Below are positions 10,312 through 19,490 of a DNA stretch of 55,792 bases, piece by piece (positions within the stretch are counted from its first letter, which is position 1; every line of letters begins with the position of its first letter). Source of the stretch: a virus (taxonomy: Duplodnaviria > Caudoviricetes); the IMG/VR virus record IMGVR_UViG_3300045885_000606, positions 1 through 55,792 of that record; one strand, written 5' to 3'. The notes under the pieces were generated by a model, which did no database searches, was not told the DNA's origin, and saw only the letters and a list, made by a program, of their open reading frames with translations. Both the position numbers and the translations under genes were made by a program.

Positions 10312-11589
10312 ATGACGATCCCACTGACAAGTCCCGATCCGCAGATTCAGGAAAAGCTCGACACCAACCCAGCCCTGGTGGAGGCGCTCGAAGCCTACAT
10401 GGCCGATGCCAGGTGGGTGACGAGGAGGGTCATGGCCGGGGTGTGGACGAGGTTCCTGCAGAGCGACTGGGGCCGGCCGTTTGGTCCTTCAGCCCTGGAT
10501 GAGGATGACATCCGGCCCGTGCTGGACACCACGCCCGTGGTGGTGACACTGCCTGCGCCGGAGGTGGTGCCCGCCCCTGCCCCAGTGGTCCACACGAATG
10601 GGCATACGCCCAAGGCCTCGCCGAGCCAGGCTGATCTCTTTGAACTCTTAGCCCGTGGCGTGCGGGATCACCTGCCCCCGCAGGACGTGACGCTCGATGA
10701 AGGGAAGGTGCAGGGACTCATCGATAAGGCCCTCCTGACCAGGAGCCAGGTGGTGAAAGTCCTGCACCAGTTGCAGGTGAAGCGCCAGGAGGAGGTCCTG
10801 GCTGATGTCGAACTGGAAGGTGAGCTGCCCTACTGGTTTGATCGGGTGTATAAGACCGCCCTCTGCCGGGTGCATCAGCTCCTGGTAGGTCCTCGCGGGT
10901 GTGGCAAAACCCTCACGGCCCAGCTCCTGGCACAGGCTCTCTCGCTCCCGCTCTACACCATCTCGCTCTCCCAGGGGGTGGACGAGGGCGTGCTTCAGGG
11001 CTGGCTCCTCCCGGTCGATGAGCACATGAAGTTTTCCTACGTGCGCTCGAAATTCGTTAGGGCCTACGAGGAGGGCGGCGTGGTGCTGCTCGATGAGTTA
11101 GACGCGGCAGATAACAATGTGCTGATGATCGTGCACGCTGCGCTGGCCAATGGGCTGTGGGATATCCCGCTTCGGGGCGAAGGCGCCCCACCGCTCGTGC
11201 GCCACGACAACTTCATCGTCATCGCTGCCGCTAATACCCACGGGCACGGCGCCGACCGGGTGTACGTGGGGAGGCAGCAGCTTGACGGGGCGACCCTCGA
11301 TCGCTTCGCCATGGGCAGGCTCGAGGTGGACTACGACGAGGAGATGGAGCGCCGCGCCTACCGCTCTGTCCACGCAGAGATTGGACAACGCCTCCGCGCT
11401 CGGTGCAGGGCACAGCAGGGCTGGACCCGCGATGTGTCGACCAGAAACATTGCCGATGCAGTAAAGCTCTCGGCGCAGTTCAGTCCCGAGGAAGCATGGT
11501 TCGGGTACTTCGCCGACTGGAAGGACGGGGACCTGAGCAAGGTGGGCGTGGTGCGTGATCGCAAGCGCATGCGCGTGGTGGTGGAGTAA
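10312..11589 (+). CDS. MoxR/CbbQ/CobS-like AAA+ ATPase
   Basis: Walker A GPRGCGKT, Walker B VLLDELDAAD, IAAANT, and QLDGATLDRF. Confidence 0.9.
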   Translation: MTIPLTSPDPQIQEKLDTNPALVEALEAYMADARWVTRRVMAGVWTRFLQSDWGRPFGPSALDEDDIRPVLDTTPVVVTLPAPEVVPAPAPVVHTNGHTPKASPSQADLFELLARGVRDHLPPQDVTLDEGKVQGLIDKALLTRSQVVKVLHQLQVKRQEEVLADVELEGELPYWFDRVYKTALCRVHQLLVGPRGCGKTLTAQLLAQALSLPLYTISLSQGVDEGVLQGWLLPVDEHMKFSYVRSKFVRAYEEGGVVLLDELDAADNNVLMIVHAALANGLWDIPLRGEGAPPLVRHDNFIVIAAANTHGHGADRVYVGRQQLDGATLDRFAMGRLEVDYDEEMERRAYRSVHAEIGQRLRARCRAQQGWTRDVSTRNIADAVKLSAQFSPEEAWFGYFADWKDGDLSKVGVVRDRKRMRVVVE

Positions 11590-11641
11590 GACACCGCTGG
11601 GGGTGGAGGTCCACCCCCGTACAACCGAGAAGGAACCCCCC

Positions 11642-11854
11642 ATGTGTCACAAGGTGAAGCCCGGAGACCTGGTCCTCTGGAAGCGTGACGGCACCATTGG
11701 GCACTACCTCGCCCGGGTGGTGCGCGTGCGCTGTCAGGGACCACGGCCCATCCGGATTCAGATTCTCGATCACGAGTGGTGGCCGGGATCGACGCTCAAA
11801 GACCAGTGTCGCTCGGTGCGCGTCGGCAGTATCAAACCTATCCAGCAGATCTAA
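11642..11854 (+). CDS. Small hypothetical protein (KOW/SH3-like start VKPGDLV)
   Basis: ATG after the AAGGAACCCCCC RBS motif. Confidence 0.5.
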   Translation: MCHKVKPGDLVLWKRDGTIGHYLARVVRVRCQGPRPIRIQILDHEWWPGSTLKDQCRSVRVGSIKPIQQI

Positions 11855-11871
11855 CAAGGAGACCCCCCCCC

Positions 11872-12774
11872 ATGGAAAACATCCAGATTCCTGGTGTGCC
11901 TGCCGATGTCGCACACTTTGAAAGTCTGAGCGTGCTGCTCGACGCCGTGGAAGCGACGGGAGAGAACGGCGTCTACCGTGCCATCCCCAGAGCGCGTGAA
12001 CATGACAGCATCGTCCTGACAAACCTTGACTTTTATGGCCCACCCCTGTACAGGTTCGTCGACATGTGCCGCAGTGGGCAGGGCTTTGAGCGGGAGTTGC
12101 ACACCATCAGTACCATGGTAGATGATCTGGTGGCGAAACTCCCCCCACTTCCCACCATCCAGCGCGTCCGCCAGCACGGTGCACAGGGAAGCACACTCCG
12201 TGTCCACTCGGTTCTGCGCGGAGATTTGCAGCACGCCTGGACCAGGACCGAGCGGCTCTCTCGCCTGAGTACGCGGCCGATTATGACCATCATCGTCGAT
12301 GCCAGTTTCCTGGCAGACCGAGGTGAGCAGGATCTGTTCTGGTCCGCGGCGGCAACTCTGGCCCTCACCCAGATACTGGAGCAGGCCGGCCGGCGCGTGG
12401 CCCTCATCGCCTGCGAAGCCTCGCATCAAGCGGTGGGATACCATATCAACCGTGACCTCACGCGTATCACCACCACCATCCTCAAAGACTATAGCGATCC
12501 CTGGAACATTCAGGACGTTATCTGTACCACGAATCTCGCCTTCTTCAGGCGGCTGTGCTTTCGCTTGAGAGAAGCGTCACCGCTGGGTGTGCAGCCAGGC
12601 TACGGGTATACCTGCCCGAAGCCAACCAAGGACCGTATCTACCGCACACTGGCAGACGTCTACGGCTGGCCCGAGCTGCTGCGCGGAGCTGACCCCAACA
12701 GTGACGGGGTGAATTCAGAGATGCGGGCCTTTCTCTGGATAGCGCAGACCCTCAAGGCCCTGGGTGCCGAGTAA
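11872..12774 (+). CDS. VWA/CobT-like partner of the AAA+ ATPase
   Basis: IIVDAS (degenerate MIDAS), LEQAGRRV, AFFRRLCF; lies next to the MoxR-type ATPase. Confidence 0.65.
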   Translation: MENIQIPGVPADVAHFESLSVLLDAVEATGENGVYRAIPRAREHDSIVLTNLDFYGPPLYRFVDMCRSGQGFERELHTISTMVDDLVAKLPPLPTIQRVRQHGAQGSTLRVHSVLRGDLQHAWTRTERLSRLSTRPIMTIIVDASFLADRGEQDLFWSAAATLALTQILEQAGRRVALIACEASHQAVGYHINRDLTRITTTILKDYSDPWNIQDVICTTNLAFFRRLCFRLREASPLGVQPGYGYTCPKPTKDRIYRTLADVYGWPELLRGADPNSDGVNSEMRAFLWIAQTLKALGAE

Positions 12775-12835
12775 TCACGAGTGGACATAGGGCGTGTGCA
12801 CCTATGTCCACGCTCACAACCTGAAAGGAGACCCC

Positions 12836-13666
12836 ATGCAACCGAAGCTCGTGAAGATTGAAATCCCGAAGAAGACCCTGGCCACCAGGAAGGCCGTTGG
12901 TGACTGGCTGAAGATCCTGGGGAAAGAGGGACTGCTCGGCTCGCAGCGCTGCACCAGTGATGCCTTGCGCGTGGCCCTCACCTACACGCTCAGGGACTGG
13001 CAGCGCTGGACCACGGAGGAGGGCAGTGTGTGCAAGGCCATGGCGTCCTCCCCCACCAAGCAGCAGGGCGTCATTACCGACATCGACATCCAGGAGCGGA
13101 CGCCCGAAGGGGCGAAGTACCGCACCCGGATTTGCCGGCTCTCCTGCCAGGAGGACGGCATCCCCAAACGTGAATACGGGGAGGTCCCCGAGCGCTTCCG
13201 GCCACTCTACGATCAGCTCGGCCCGGAGCAACTGGTGTGGCTGGGAGAAACCCATCTCTTCGATCAGGACCTGCGCGATCTATGCGAAGCCCTGATCGGA
13301 GATGCGGCCGATAACATCTGGCCAGGGGTGTGGCTGTGCCTTGACGAGGCGCCTGGCCTGAATCATATCGCCCACCTGGGACTCCTGGTCACCAAGGGCC
13401 AGGTGACGGTGAAGACCCTGACGCTGGAATTCTCCGAAGCCAACCGCCTGCTCCTCGCCGAGGAGCTGGCCGCCGAGTACGCCAAAACCCTGGAGCACTT
13501 GACAAAGCGCCTGGGGTATCCTAAACCTACTATAGAAGCGATTGAGGCTGACTATCTCACCCTGTGCGAACGTATCATGAAGGCACAGGAAACGCTCGGG
13601 GTAGAGATTCCCATCCTTGAGCAGCAGTGTATGTTTGAAGAACTCCTGGCCACAACCGAAGCCTAG
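12836..13666 (+). CDS. Hypothetical protein
   Basis: AAAGGAG RBS; 276 aa ORF. Confidence 0.65.
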   Translation: MQPKLVKIEIPKKTLATRKAVGDWLKILGKEGLLGSQRCTSDALRVALTYTLRDWQRWTTEEGSVCKAMASSPTKQQGVITDIDIQERTPEGAKYRTRICRLSCQEDGIPKREYGEVPERFRPLYDQLGPEQLVWLGETHLFDQDLRDLCEALIGDAADNIWPGVWLCLDEAPGLNHIAHLGLLVTKGQVTVKTLTLEFSEANRLLLAEELAAEYAKTLEHLTKRLGYPKPTIEAIEADYLTLCERIMKAQETLGVEIPILEQQCMFEELLATTEA

Positions 13667-13706
13667 CACCAGAGGGGGCGAAAGCCCCCCAGAAGGAGCC
13701 CCCCCC

Positions 13707-13811
13707 ATGGAGATACTGATTGGTCTTGTTGCGCTGTTTCTCTACTATATTGCGCTCCCAGTCGCCTGTGTCATGATCCTCCTAGTAGTCCTGTTTTCTC
13801 TGGATGGATAA
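13707..13811 (+). CDS. Small membrane peptide
   Basis: AAGGAG RBS; 34 aa, almost entirely hydrophobic. Confidence 0.5.
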   Translation: MEILIGLVALFLYYIALPVACVMILLVVLFSLDG

Positions 13812-14034
13812 GGAGACCCCTGTGGAACTGCATTGCTTCAGAGCGATCCAGAAACTGGACACCATGAGCGAGCCGGTGTCCAGGGCAGAGAACCGTTTTC
13901 TGCTCACCCTGAAACGCTCCGGCCTGGCCCACGTCAGCCCGGATGATAAACTTGAACTGGCCAGGATGGTGGAAGACTACCTGGGCGATCACCACCTGGC
14001 CGCCGAACTCTTAGGGCAGCAAGCACTGCTCTAA
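13804..14034 (+). CDS. Hypothetical protein
   Basis: ORF overlapping the upstream stop. Confidence 0.5.
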   Translation: MDKETPVELHCFRAIQKLDTMSEPVSRAENRFLLTLKRSGLAHVSPDDKLELARMVEDYLGDHHLAAELLGQQALL

Positions 14035-14121
14035 GACCAGCATGGCAGTAGAACGTGACACCTACTGTCATGTATAACGATGTGTCACAAGGTTCACTCT
14101 AGCACAGACGGAGACCCCCCA

Positions 14122-14520
14122 ATGGCGATCACACTCCTTATGGGACATGTGTCCCCAGACACCGCCCACGTAACCGAAGACTACCCCTACTCCTTTCACC
14201 TGCGCTGCCAAAGGCGGGAGTGGCTGGAGTATCGCCCGAAGTTTGGCTACCGCCTCTGCACCCAGACTACCAATCCGAAAAAGGGCGACCGCTGGAACGC
14301 TCCCAAGTACAGTACGTATAGCTATCTGGCGGTCATGTACCTGGATGAGCAGGGCCATGTGCAGCAGGCAACGCTGCACCTCTACCGCAGTGTGGCTGAG
14401 GTGGAAGCCTTCGAGCGTGACTACGGTGCGGCGCTCGATCCGGTGCGTGAGCTGCCGCTCCTCCGCGCCATGCTGTCCTATGCGAGAGCCCAGGAAGCGA
14501 AACGCGCCAGCCAGGCCTAA
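14122..14520 (+). CDS. Hypothetical protein
   Basis: GGAG RBS; DYPYSF...WNAPKYSTY motifs. Confidence 0.65.
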   Translation: MAITLLMGHVSPDTAHVTEDYPYSFHLRCQRREWLEYRPKFGYRLCTQTTNPKKGDRWNAPKYSTYSYLAVMYLDEQGHVQQATLHLYRSVAEVEAFERDYGAALDPVRELPLLRAMLSYARAQEAKRASQA

Positions 14521-14563
14521 CACCTACCCGGGGGAGGGAACTCCCCCACCCAAGGAGACCCCC

Positions 14564-15001
14564 ATGGACTTCCGCGTCTTCAAAGGCCAGGACACCAGGC
14601 AGGTAGACGGACATACCTGCAAGGCGGCAGAGCCCGAAAGCTGGTATTACGAGCCACGGGATTATCCCGGAGACGTCCTCTATAGCCCGGCCTTCCCCAC
14701 CTGGGAGGAGGCAGTAGCGGCTGGTGAGGCGGAATTTTGTACGGCGGAGAGTCTGCGCCTGGATTCCCGCATTGACTACGAGCTGGCACGGTTGGGCTGG
14801 AGCTGCGACACGGCCCCCGAGGGCTCGAGTACGCTCGATGCCTGGAACACCGAAACCGAGGGCGTGATAGCGCTGTTCGATGAGCAGGAAACAACGCTGT
14901 GCTACGGCGAGCCACTCCTCGAAACGCTCCGGACCCTGAAGCCAGGCGTCAGTTGGAATGACCTGTGGGATGCGATCATCCCGCATGTGGTCGAATCCTA
15001 A
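14564..15001 (+). CDS. Hypothetical protein
   Basis: ATG after the AAGGAGACCCCC RBS motif. Confidence 0.65.
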   Translation: MDFRVFKGQDTRQVDGHTCKAAEPESWYYEPRDYPGDVLYSPAFPTWEEAVAAGEAEFCTAESLRLDSRIDYELARLGWSCDTAPEGSSTLDAWNTETEGVIALFDEQETTLCYGEPLLETLRTLKPGVSWNDLWDAIIPHVVES

Positions 15002-15047
15002 CCACCCACCCGGGGGCTCCGGCCCCCCACCCAAGGAGACCCCTCCC

Positions 15048-15425
15048 ATGTACACGATTGACCCTGCAGGGCCCTGGAATTTGTACACCGTGACCATCCC
15101 CACTGGCGCCACGGTGCATGGCACCATCGCCCGCGAAGATGGCTTTACCGGCGCCCTGATCCAGATGCACACGGGCATCTACACGCAGATGAATGCCGGC
15201 GTCATGCGGAGCCTGGAGCAGCGCCAGGTGCAGCGCGCCCTCAGAGACGCCGTGCGCCATCCCCTCGCCTTCACGAGGAGGGAGGTGCGCGTGCTCCTCG
15301 ATGCGCTCAATGCCCACCTCGCCGGTGATCCCACCGAAGGCGATCTGTGCTGGACTGAGGCGCAGTGTGAAACCGCGGCGCGGGTCCGCCTCATGCTGAT
15401 TACCTACCTGCAACGAGAGGAGTAG
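15048..15425 (+). CDS. Hypothetical protein
   Basis: ATG after the AAGGAGACCCC RBS motif. Confidence 0.65.
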   Translation: MYTIDPAGPWNLYTVTIPTGATVHGTIAREDGFTGALIQMHTGIYTQMNAGVMRSLEQRQVQRALRDAVRHPLAFTRREVRVLLDALNAHLAGDPTEGDLCWTEAQCETAARVRLMLITYLQREE

Positions 15426-15587
15426 ACCAGGACACAAGTGCCTAGCCATCACATTTCCCTGGCTGCATGGCGCGCAGAGGTGTAGAGTACCCAGCACACT
15501 TTAGCGCTGGTTCGAGAGGAGACCTCACGCCGCGGACGGGGGGGTGTGATGGCGTGTCACCCTATGCTGTTGGTGCAGGGCGGTGGC

Positions 15588-15761
15588 TTACACGCGCACC
15601 GCGTCTGCCTTCTCCCGCCGCATCTCCTCCCGGTACCAGACCTTCAGGATGTAGAGAAGCTGCTCATTCAGGCTCCGGCTTTCTTCATGCGCCACATCCC
15701 GCGCCTTGTCGAGGATCTCCTCTGGCAGGCGCAAGGTGATCCGTTGGTAGTCGGCTGCCAT
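15588..15761 (-). CDS. Arc-family ribbon-helix-helix regulator
   Basis: YQRITLRLPEEI...AHEESRSLNEQLLYIL. Confidence 0.8.
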   Translation of the reverse strand: MAADYQRITLRLPEEILDKARDVAHEESRSLNEQLLYILKVWYREEMRREKADAVRV

Positions 15762-15803
15762 AGAGGCAGGTCTGCCCATAGCTGTGCTCCCTCCTTCTCG
15801 TGG

Positions 15804-16004
15804 TTAGACCAGGTGTCCTGTCGTGGTTGCTCCCACACGCTCCTCAGCACGTTGCTTCAGAATTGCCCGCAACAGACGGATGACATGGGTATTGAGTGGT
15901 CGGCCAATCTCTTCCGCCTCAACGCGCAACTCGGTAATCAGATCCTCTGGAAGACGCAACAGAACCTGCTTGTAGTCAGACGCCGGCGTCTTGTGACGTG
16001 CCAT
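15804..16004 (-). CDS. Arc-family ribbon-helix-helix regulator (paralogue)
   Basis: YKQVLLRLPEDL...AEEIGRPLNTHVIRLL; AAAGGAGG RBS. Confidence 0.8.
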   Translation of the reverse strand: MARHKTPASDYKQVLLRLPEDLITELRVEAEEIGRPLNTHVIRLLRAILKQRAEERVGATTTGHLV

Positions 16005-16039
16005 CCATGCTCCTCCTTTCCCCAATGTAGAACACAAGA

Positions 16040-16110
16040 AATAATACTTGATATCAAGCAATATATCGATATAATTATATCGATCAACTTTACCATACTT
16101 TCCACCATGT
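16040..16110. promoter_or_regulatory. Divergent promoter/operator region
   Basis: AT-rich island with palindromes CTTGATATCAAG and ATCGATATAATTATATCGAT, between divergent Arc and HNH genes. Confidence 0.6.
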
Positions 16111-16143
16111 GTGCTACAGAAGAACATTTTTTTGGAGGAGATC

Positions 16144-16659
16144 ATGGCAGACAAACGGAGAGAGCGCCCCCCGGTAAGCGAGTATCAGCAGAAACTGCGC
16201 GACCCACGCTGGCAACGCCGGCGGCTGGAAATCATGGAGCGCGATCAGTGGCGCTGCCAGATCTGCTTCAACGATGGAGAAACGCTTCATGTCCACCATC
16301 GCTACTATGAACAAGAGACCGAGCCCTGGGAGTATATGGATGTAGCTTTAGTGACTCTCTGTGCCACATGTCATGAGAAAGAGACAAACGCACGAAGAGA
16401 AGCCGAAGAGTGGTTATTGCGTTCTCTCTATGATTGTGAATTATTTTCGCATCATCTACTGAGATTAGTCAGTGGATTCATGTATTGGGAACAGGTGCAT
16501 ATGGTCGATGTAATGGTCGATATGCTTGCATGGGCTCTTGGAGAGAAAGAGATTATGGATGAACTTCTGGAAAGATATTTTGATGATCTCAAGGAACGTC
16601 ATCCAGTCAAGTTTGAACAAGGTAAAATGTTTGCACCAAGGCACTGGAGAAAGCCATGA
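16144..16659 (+). CDS. HNH endonuclease family protein
   Basis: DPRWQRRRLEIMERDQWRCQIC...LHVHH...LCATCH. Confidence 0.85.
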   Translation: MADKRRERPPVSEYQQKLRDPRWQRRRLEIMERDQWRCQICFNDGETLHVHHRYYEQETEPWEYMDVALVTLCATCHEKETNARREAEEWLLRSLYDCELFSHHLLRLVSGFMYWEQVHMVDVMVDMLAWALGEKEIMDELLERYFDDLKERHPVKFEQGKMFAPRHWRKP

Positions 16660-16700
16660 GCATAAAGGTCATGCTCTGCTCTAAGAAAGGAGGATATCCT

Positions 16701-17606
16701 ATGCAGGCGCCCAACGATCCTGGAACAAGCAAGCTCCTCATTCATGAAGAACCGCTCCAAGTCTTGCCGAGCTTGGCAGTGGCGTTGGGCGACCTCAACG
16801 AAGCGATTGTCTTACAGCAGCTTCACTACTGGCTTAGGCGCAACGGGCATGAACGTGATGACAGAACGTGGATTTACAACACCTACGAGGACTGGCATAC
16901 CCAGTTTCCCTTCTGGTCCATTTCGACAATCAAACGCACCATCCTCTCCCTGCAGAAGAAAGATCTGGTGCTGACCGCAAATTACAACCACAGCGCCATG
17001 GATAAAACCAAGTGGTACGCCATTAACTATAAGCAACTCAATAACTTGATCACTCCAGAAGTGGGTGATCCCATCGATCGTGTCAACTTGACCCCATCGA
17101 CGGCTCACATTGACCCCATCGATGGCTCAGATTGCTCCCATCTCTTTTCAGAGAATAACTCCAGAGATCTAGAACACTCACTCACTACGTTCGTGAGTAT
17201 GGACGGTGATGATCGCGCAACGATCACATCGTCCCAACTAATAACCACTGTGCAGAGTAATGGACATATCGCGGTAAAGAAAACCCCCAGGAAAAAACCG
17301 GTCACGCCGCTCGCAGAGGATGATTGGCTCCGCGCTGTGCTCCTCGAATATAACGACGTCATTCCCTTTCAGGCGATGAACGATGCCACCTGGTGGATTG
17401 AAGTCTCCAGGCAACTCAAAACCTATTTCAACGCTGACTGGCTACGTGGGCAGTTCAGCGCCATGACCACCTATTTCATTGAACGTCCGCACAAGGAACC
17501 CTCAAAGAACTGGAAAGGTTTTGTCAGACGATGGCTTAATAACGGCAAGGAACATGACCGGAGGTATACCAGTGGGACGCAGCAGATACGACGATACCGA
17601 GACTGA
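16701..17606 (+). CDS. Phage replication initiator (winged-HTH, replisome-organiser type)
   Basis: LNEAIVLQQLHYW...WIYNTYEDW...FPFWSISTIKR...DKTKWYAINY; contains internal iteron-like repeats. Confidence 0.8.
   Translation: MQAPNDPGTSKLLIHEEPLQVLPSLAVALGDLNEAIVLQQLHYWLRRNGHERDDRTWIYNTYEDWHTQFPFWSISTIKRTILSLQKKDLVLTANYNHSAMDKTKWYAINYKQLNNLITPEVGDPIDRVNLTPSTAHIDPIDGSDCSHLFSENNSRDLEHSLTTFVSMDGDDRATITSSQLITTVQSNGHIAVKKTPRKKPVTPLAEDDWLRAVLLEYNDVIPFQAMNDATWWIEVSRQLKTYFNADWLRGQFSAMTTYFIERPHKEPSKNWKGFVRRWLNNGKEHDRRYTSGTQQIRRYRD
17066..17142. repeat. Iteron-like ~22 bp direct repeats (candidate replication origin)
   Basis: tgatcccatcgatcgtgtcaact / tgaccccatcgacggctcacat / tgaccccatcgatggctcagat / tgctcccatc, inside the initiator gene. 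Confidence 0.65.
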
Positions 17607-18108
17607 GGACGTCAAAGCCCCGAAGAAGCCCCCCTCCTGGCGCTGTACCCTGTGCCTGGATGCGGACCCGCAGATCCGCTACACGCACTTGATCGACCTC
17701 GCCATGGACCATACGTTCGAGGCGATCGAAGCCCATCTGTGGGACGCCTTCCGCGCTGGCACGGTGCTCCCTGAGAGCCGCATTCAGGGCTACGTCGCCG
17801 ACCGCGTGGCATGGGTGAAAGATCAGGTGCTCTCCTATAGCGGCATCCCGGATGAGGAGACGGGTGCTCCCATGCCGTGGCACGTTGCCAGAAGGAAGGT
17901 GCACGCCCAGTTCCGTGCGGCCCGTGGTGCCGCGCCACCCCCGCCACCGCCAGTCCCAGAGCCACCGCCTGCGCCAGCACCGCCGCCCACGCCGGAGCCG
18001 CAGACGGACATCCCCGAGCCAGCCTCCCTCGAGGACTGGCACAAGGCGCTCGATGAGATGGTCGGAGTCCTGGCAGACGACTATACCCCTGAAGAGGAGG
18101 ATGACTGA
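17572..18108 (+). CDS. Hypothetical protein (Pro-rich C-terminus), in the helicase-loader position
   Basis: Follows the initiator. The start is uncertain (GTG 17572 after GAGG). Confidence 0.5.
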   Translation: MGRSRYDDTETEDVKAPKKPPSWRCTLCLDADPQIRYTHLIDLAMDHTFEAIEAHLWDAFRAGTVLPESRIQGYVADRVAWVKDQVLSYSGIPDEETGAPMPWHVARRKVHAQFRAARGAAPPPPPPVPEPPPAPAPPPTPEPQTDIPEPASLEDWHKALDEMVGVLADDYTPEEEDD

Positions 18109-18341
18109 TGCCCCAGGCCACGAAGAAACGCTCACCCCCCACGCAGACAGCGCGGCTCTATCGGCGCTGCCCGGCCTGTGATCACGTCCTGGTGGAGGTG
18201 GTGAGCGACGGAGGAGAGCTACTCGAACTCGATACCAGCCTGGCGAGCTGGGTGATCTCCGGCCGCGAGACGGAAACGGGCCACCATGTGGTGGTCCAGG
18301 GCAGGGGCTATCCCCTGCATACGTGCCCCTTAGCGAGGTAA
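18108..18341 (+). CDS. Small Zn-binding hypothetical protein
   Basis: CPAC...HTC; translationally coupled. Confidence 0.55.
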   Translation: MPQATKKRSPPTQTARLYRRCPACDHVLVEVVSDGGELLELDTSLASWVISGRETETGHHVVVQGRGYPLHTCPLAR

Positions 18342-18344
18342 CCC

Positions 18345-19409
18345 ATGGAAACGACCCTGGAAACGACTGACACCCGGAAGCGTGTCAGCACCCTGACGCC
18401 CTTTGAAACCACCCTGATGCATAGTCGGGAGAGTCTCCGCACCATCTTTGATGATCGCAACAAAGCCGATGCGCTCCTGGTAGAGATCGTCAACTGTGCC
18501 AGGAAGACGCCGGCGCTGATGCGCTGCACGCCAGAAAGCATCATCCACGCGGTCGTCCGCCTGGCCTCGCTGGACCTCAACCCGGCCATCCCGGCTGAAG
18601 CGTACCTCGTCCCCTACGGCACCGAGTGTACCCTTATCTACGGGTACGGTGGACTCCGGAAGCTGGTCCTGCGCTCGCCAGATGTGGTCGATGTCTTTGC
18701 CGAGACGGTGCACCAAAACGACGTCTTCCGGCAGGCAGAAACCCCGATCGTGCTGCCCTACCACCAGCTTCCACCGCCGCAAAACGATGGCACGTTTACC
18801 CCCAGGGGCCGTGCCGTGGGCTATTACGCTGCAGCCCTCCTGCGCTCGGGGAACTGGCGCGTCGTGGTGCTCTCCAAAGCGGAAGTCGATGGCCACAGAC
18901 AGCGCTACTCTGCAGCAGCACAGGGGAAATTCTGGGCCGATAACCGCCCTGACCTGGAAGGTCTCACCAACTTTGACAAGATGGCGATGAAGACCTGCCT
19001 GAGAGAGTTGTGCTCCCCACGGAAGCTCTCCATCTCGGCGGAAATTACCCAGGCCCTGGAAGGTGAAGAAGCCATCCTGAGACAGCCGGCCGCGGTGCAC
19101 CAGGGCTACGACCGGGAGACTGGCACCCGCACCCCGCCGCCCTTGAGTGCCCCCAGTGAGGACCTCCTGGCCGATCTGGTCTCCGACCTCGCCGGCGACC
19201 ATGCTACCCTCGAGTCGCACCTTGAGGAGGAGCGCCAGACCCCTGCGCCTCAGCGAGCTCAGAGAGCTGCGAAAGCCAGGGTGGCCCCCAGCGCTCCTTC
19301 GGCGACACCCCCAGCCCCCCCACAGAGGGCAGGGGGTGAGCCGCCCCTGCCGTTTGATCCCTCCGAATCCGCCCGGATGGATGAGGAACTGGCCTCCCAG
19401 AACGCCTGA
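18345..19409 (+). CDS. recT: RecT-family single-strand annealing protein
   Basis: LMRCTPESI...LNP...EAYLVPY...LIYGYGGL...FDKMAMKT. Confidence 0.88.
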   Translation: METTLETTDTRKRVSTLTPFETTLMHSRESLRTIFDDRNKADALLVEIVNCARKTPALMRCTPESIIHAVVRLASLDLNPAIPAEAYLVPYGTECTLIYGYGGLRKLVLRSPDVVDVFAETVHQNDVFRQAETPIVLPYHQLPPPQNDGTFTPRGRAVGYYAAALLRSGNWRVVVLSKAEVDGHRQRYSAAAQGKFWADNRPDLEGLTNFDKMAMKTCLRELCSPRKLSISAEITQALEGEEAILRQPAAVHQGYDRETGTRTPPPLSAPSEDLLADLVSDLAGDHATLESHLEEERQTPAPQRAQRAAKARVAPSAPSATPPAPPQRAGGEPPLPFDPSESARMDEELASQNA

Positions 19410-19490
19410 GTCTGGCAGTGACCGTGGGGCCACGCCTGTGCGGTCACTTCCTCCTTGCAAGAGAGGTGTGCTTATGTTACACAGAGAGAC

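Noticed and set aside
13680-13688. Self-targeting by single spacers (GAAAGCCCC here; GTCATCGCT ~11218; GCTCTCCAC ~32627)
   Set aside because: Isolated 9-mers are expected by chance in 55 kb, and the partner spacer does not match next to them. I could not do an exhaustive search by eye.
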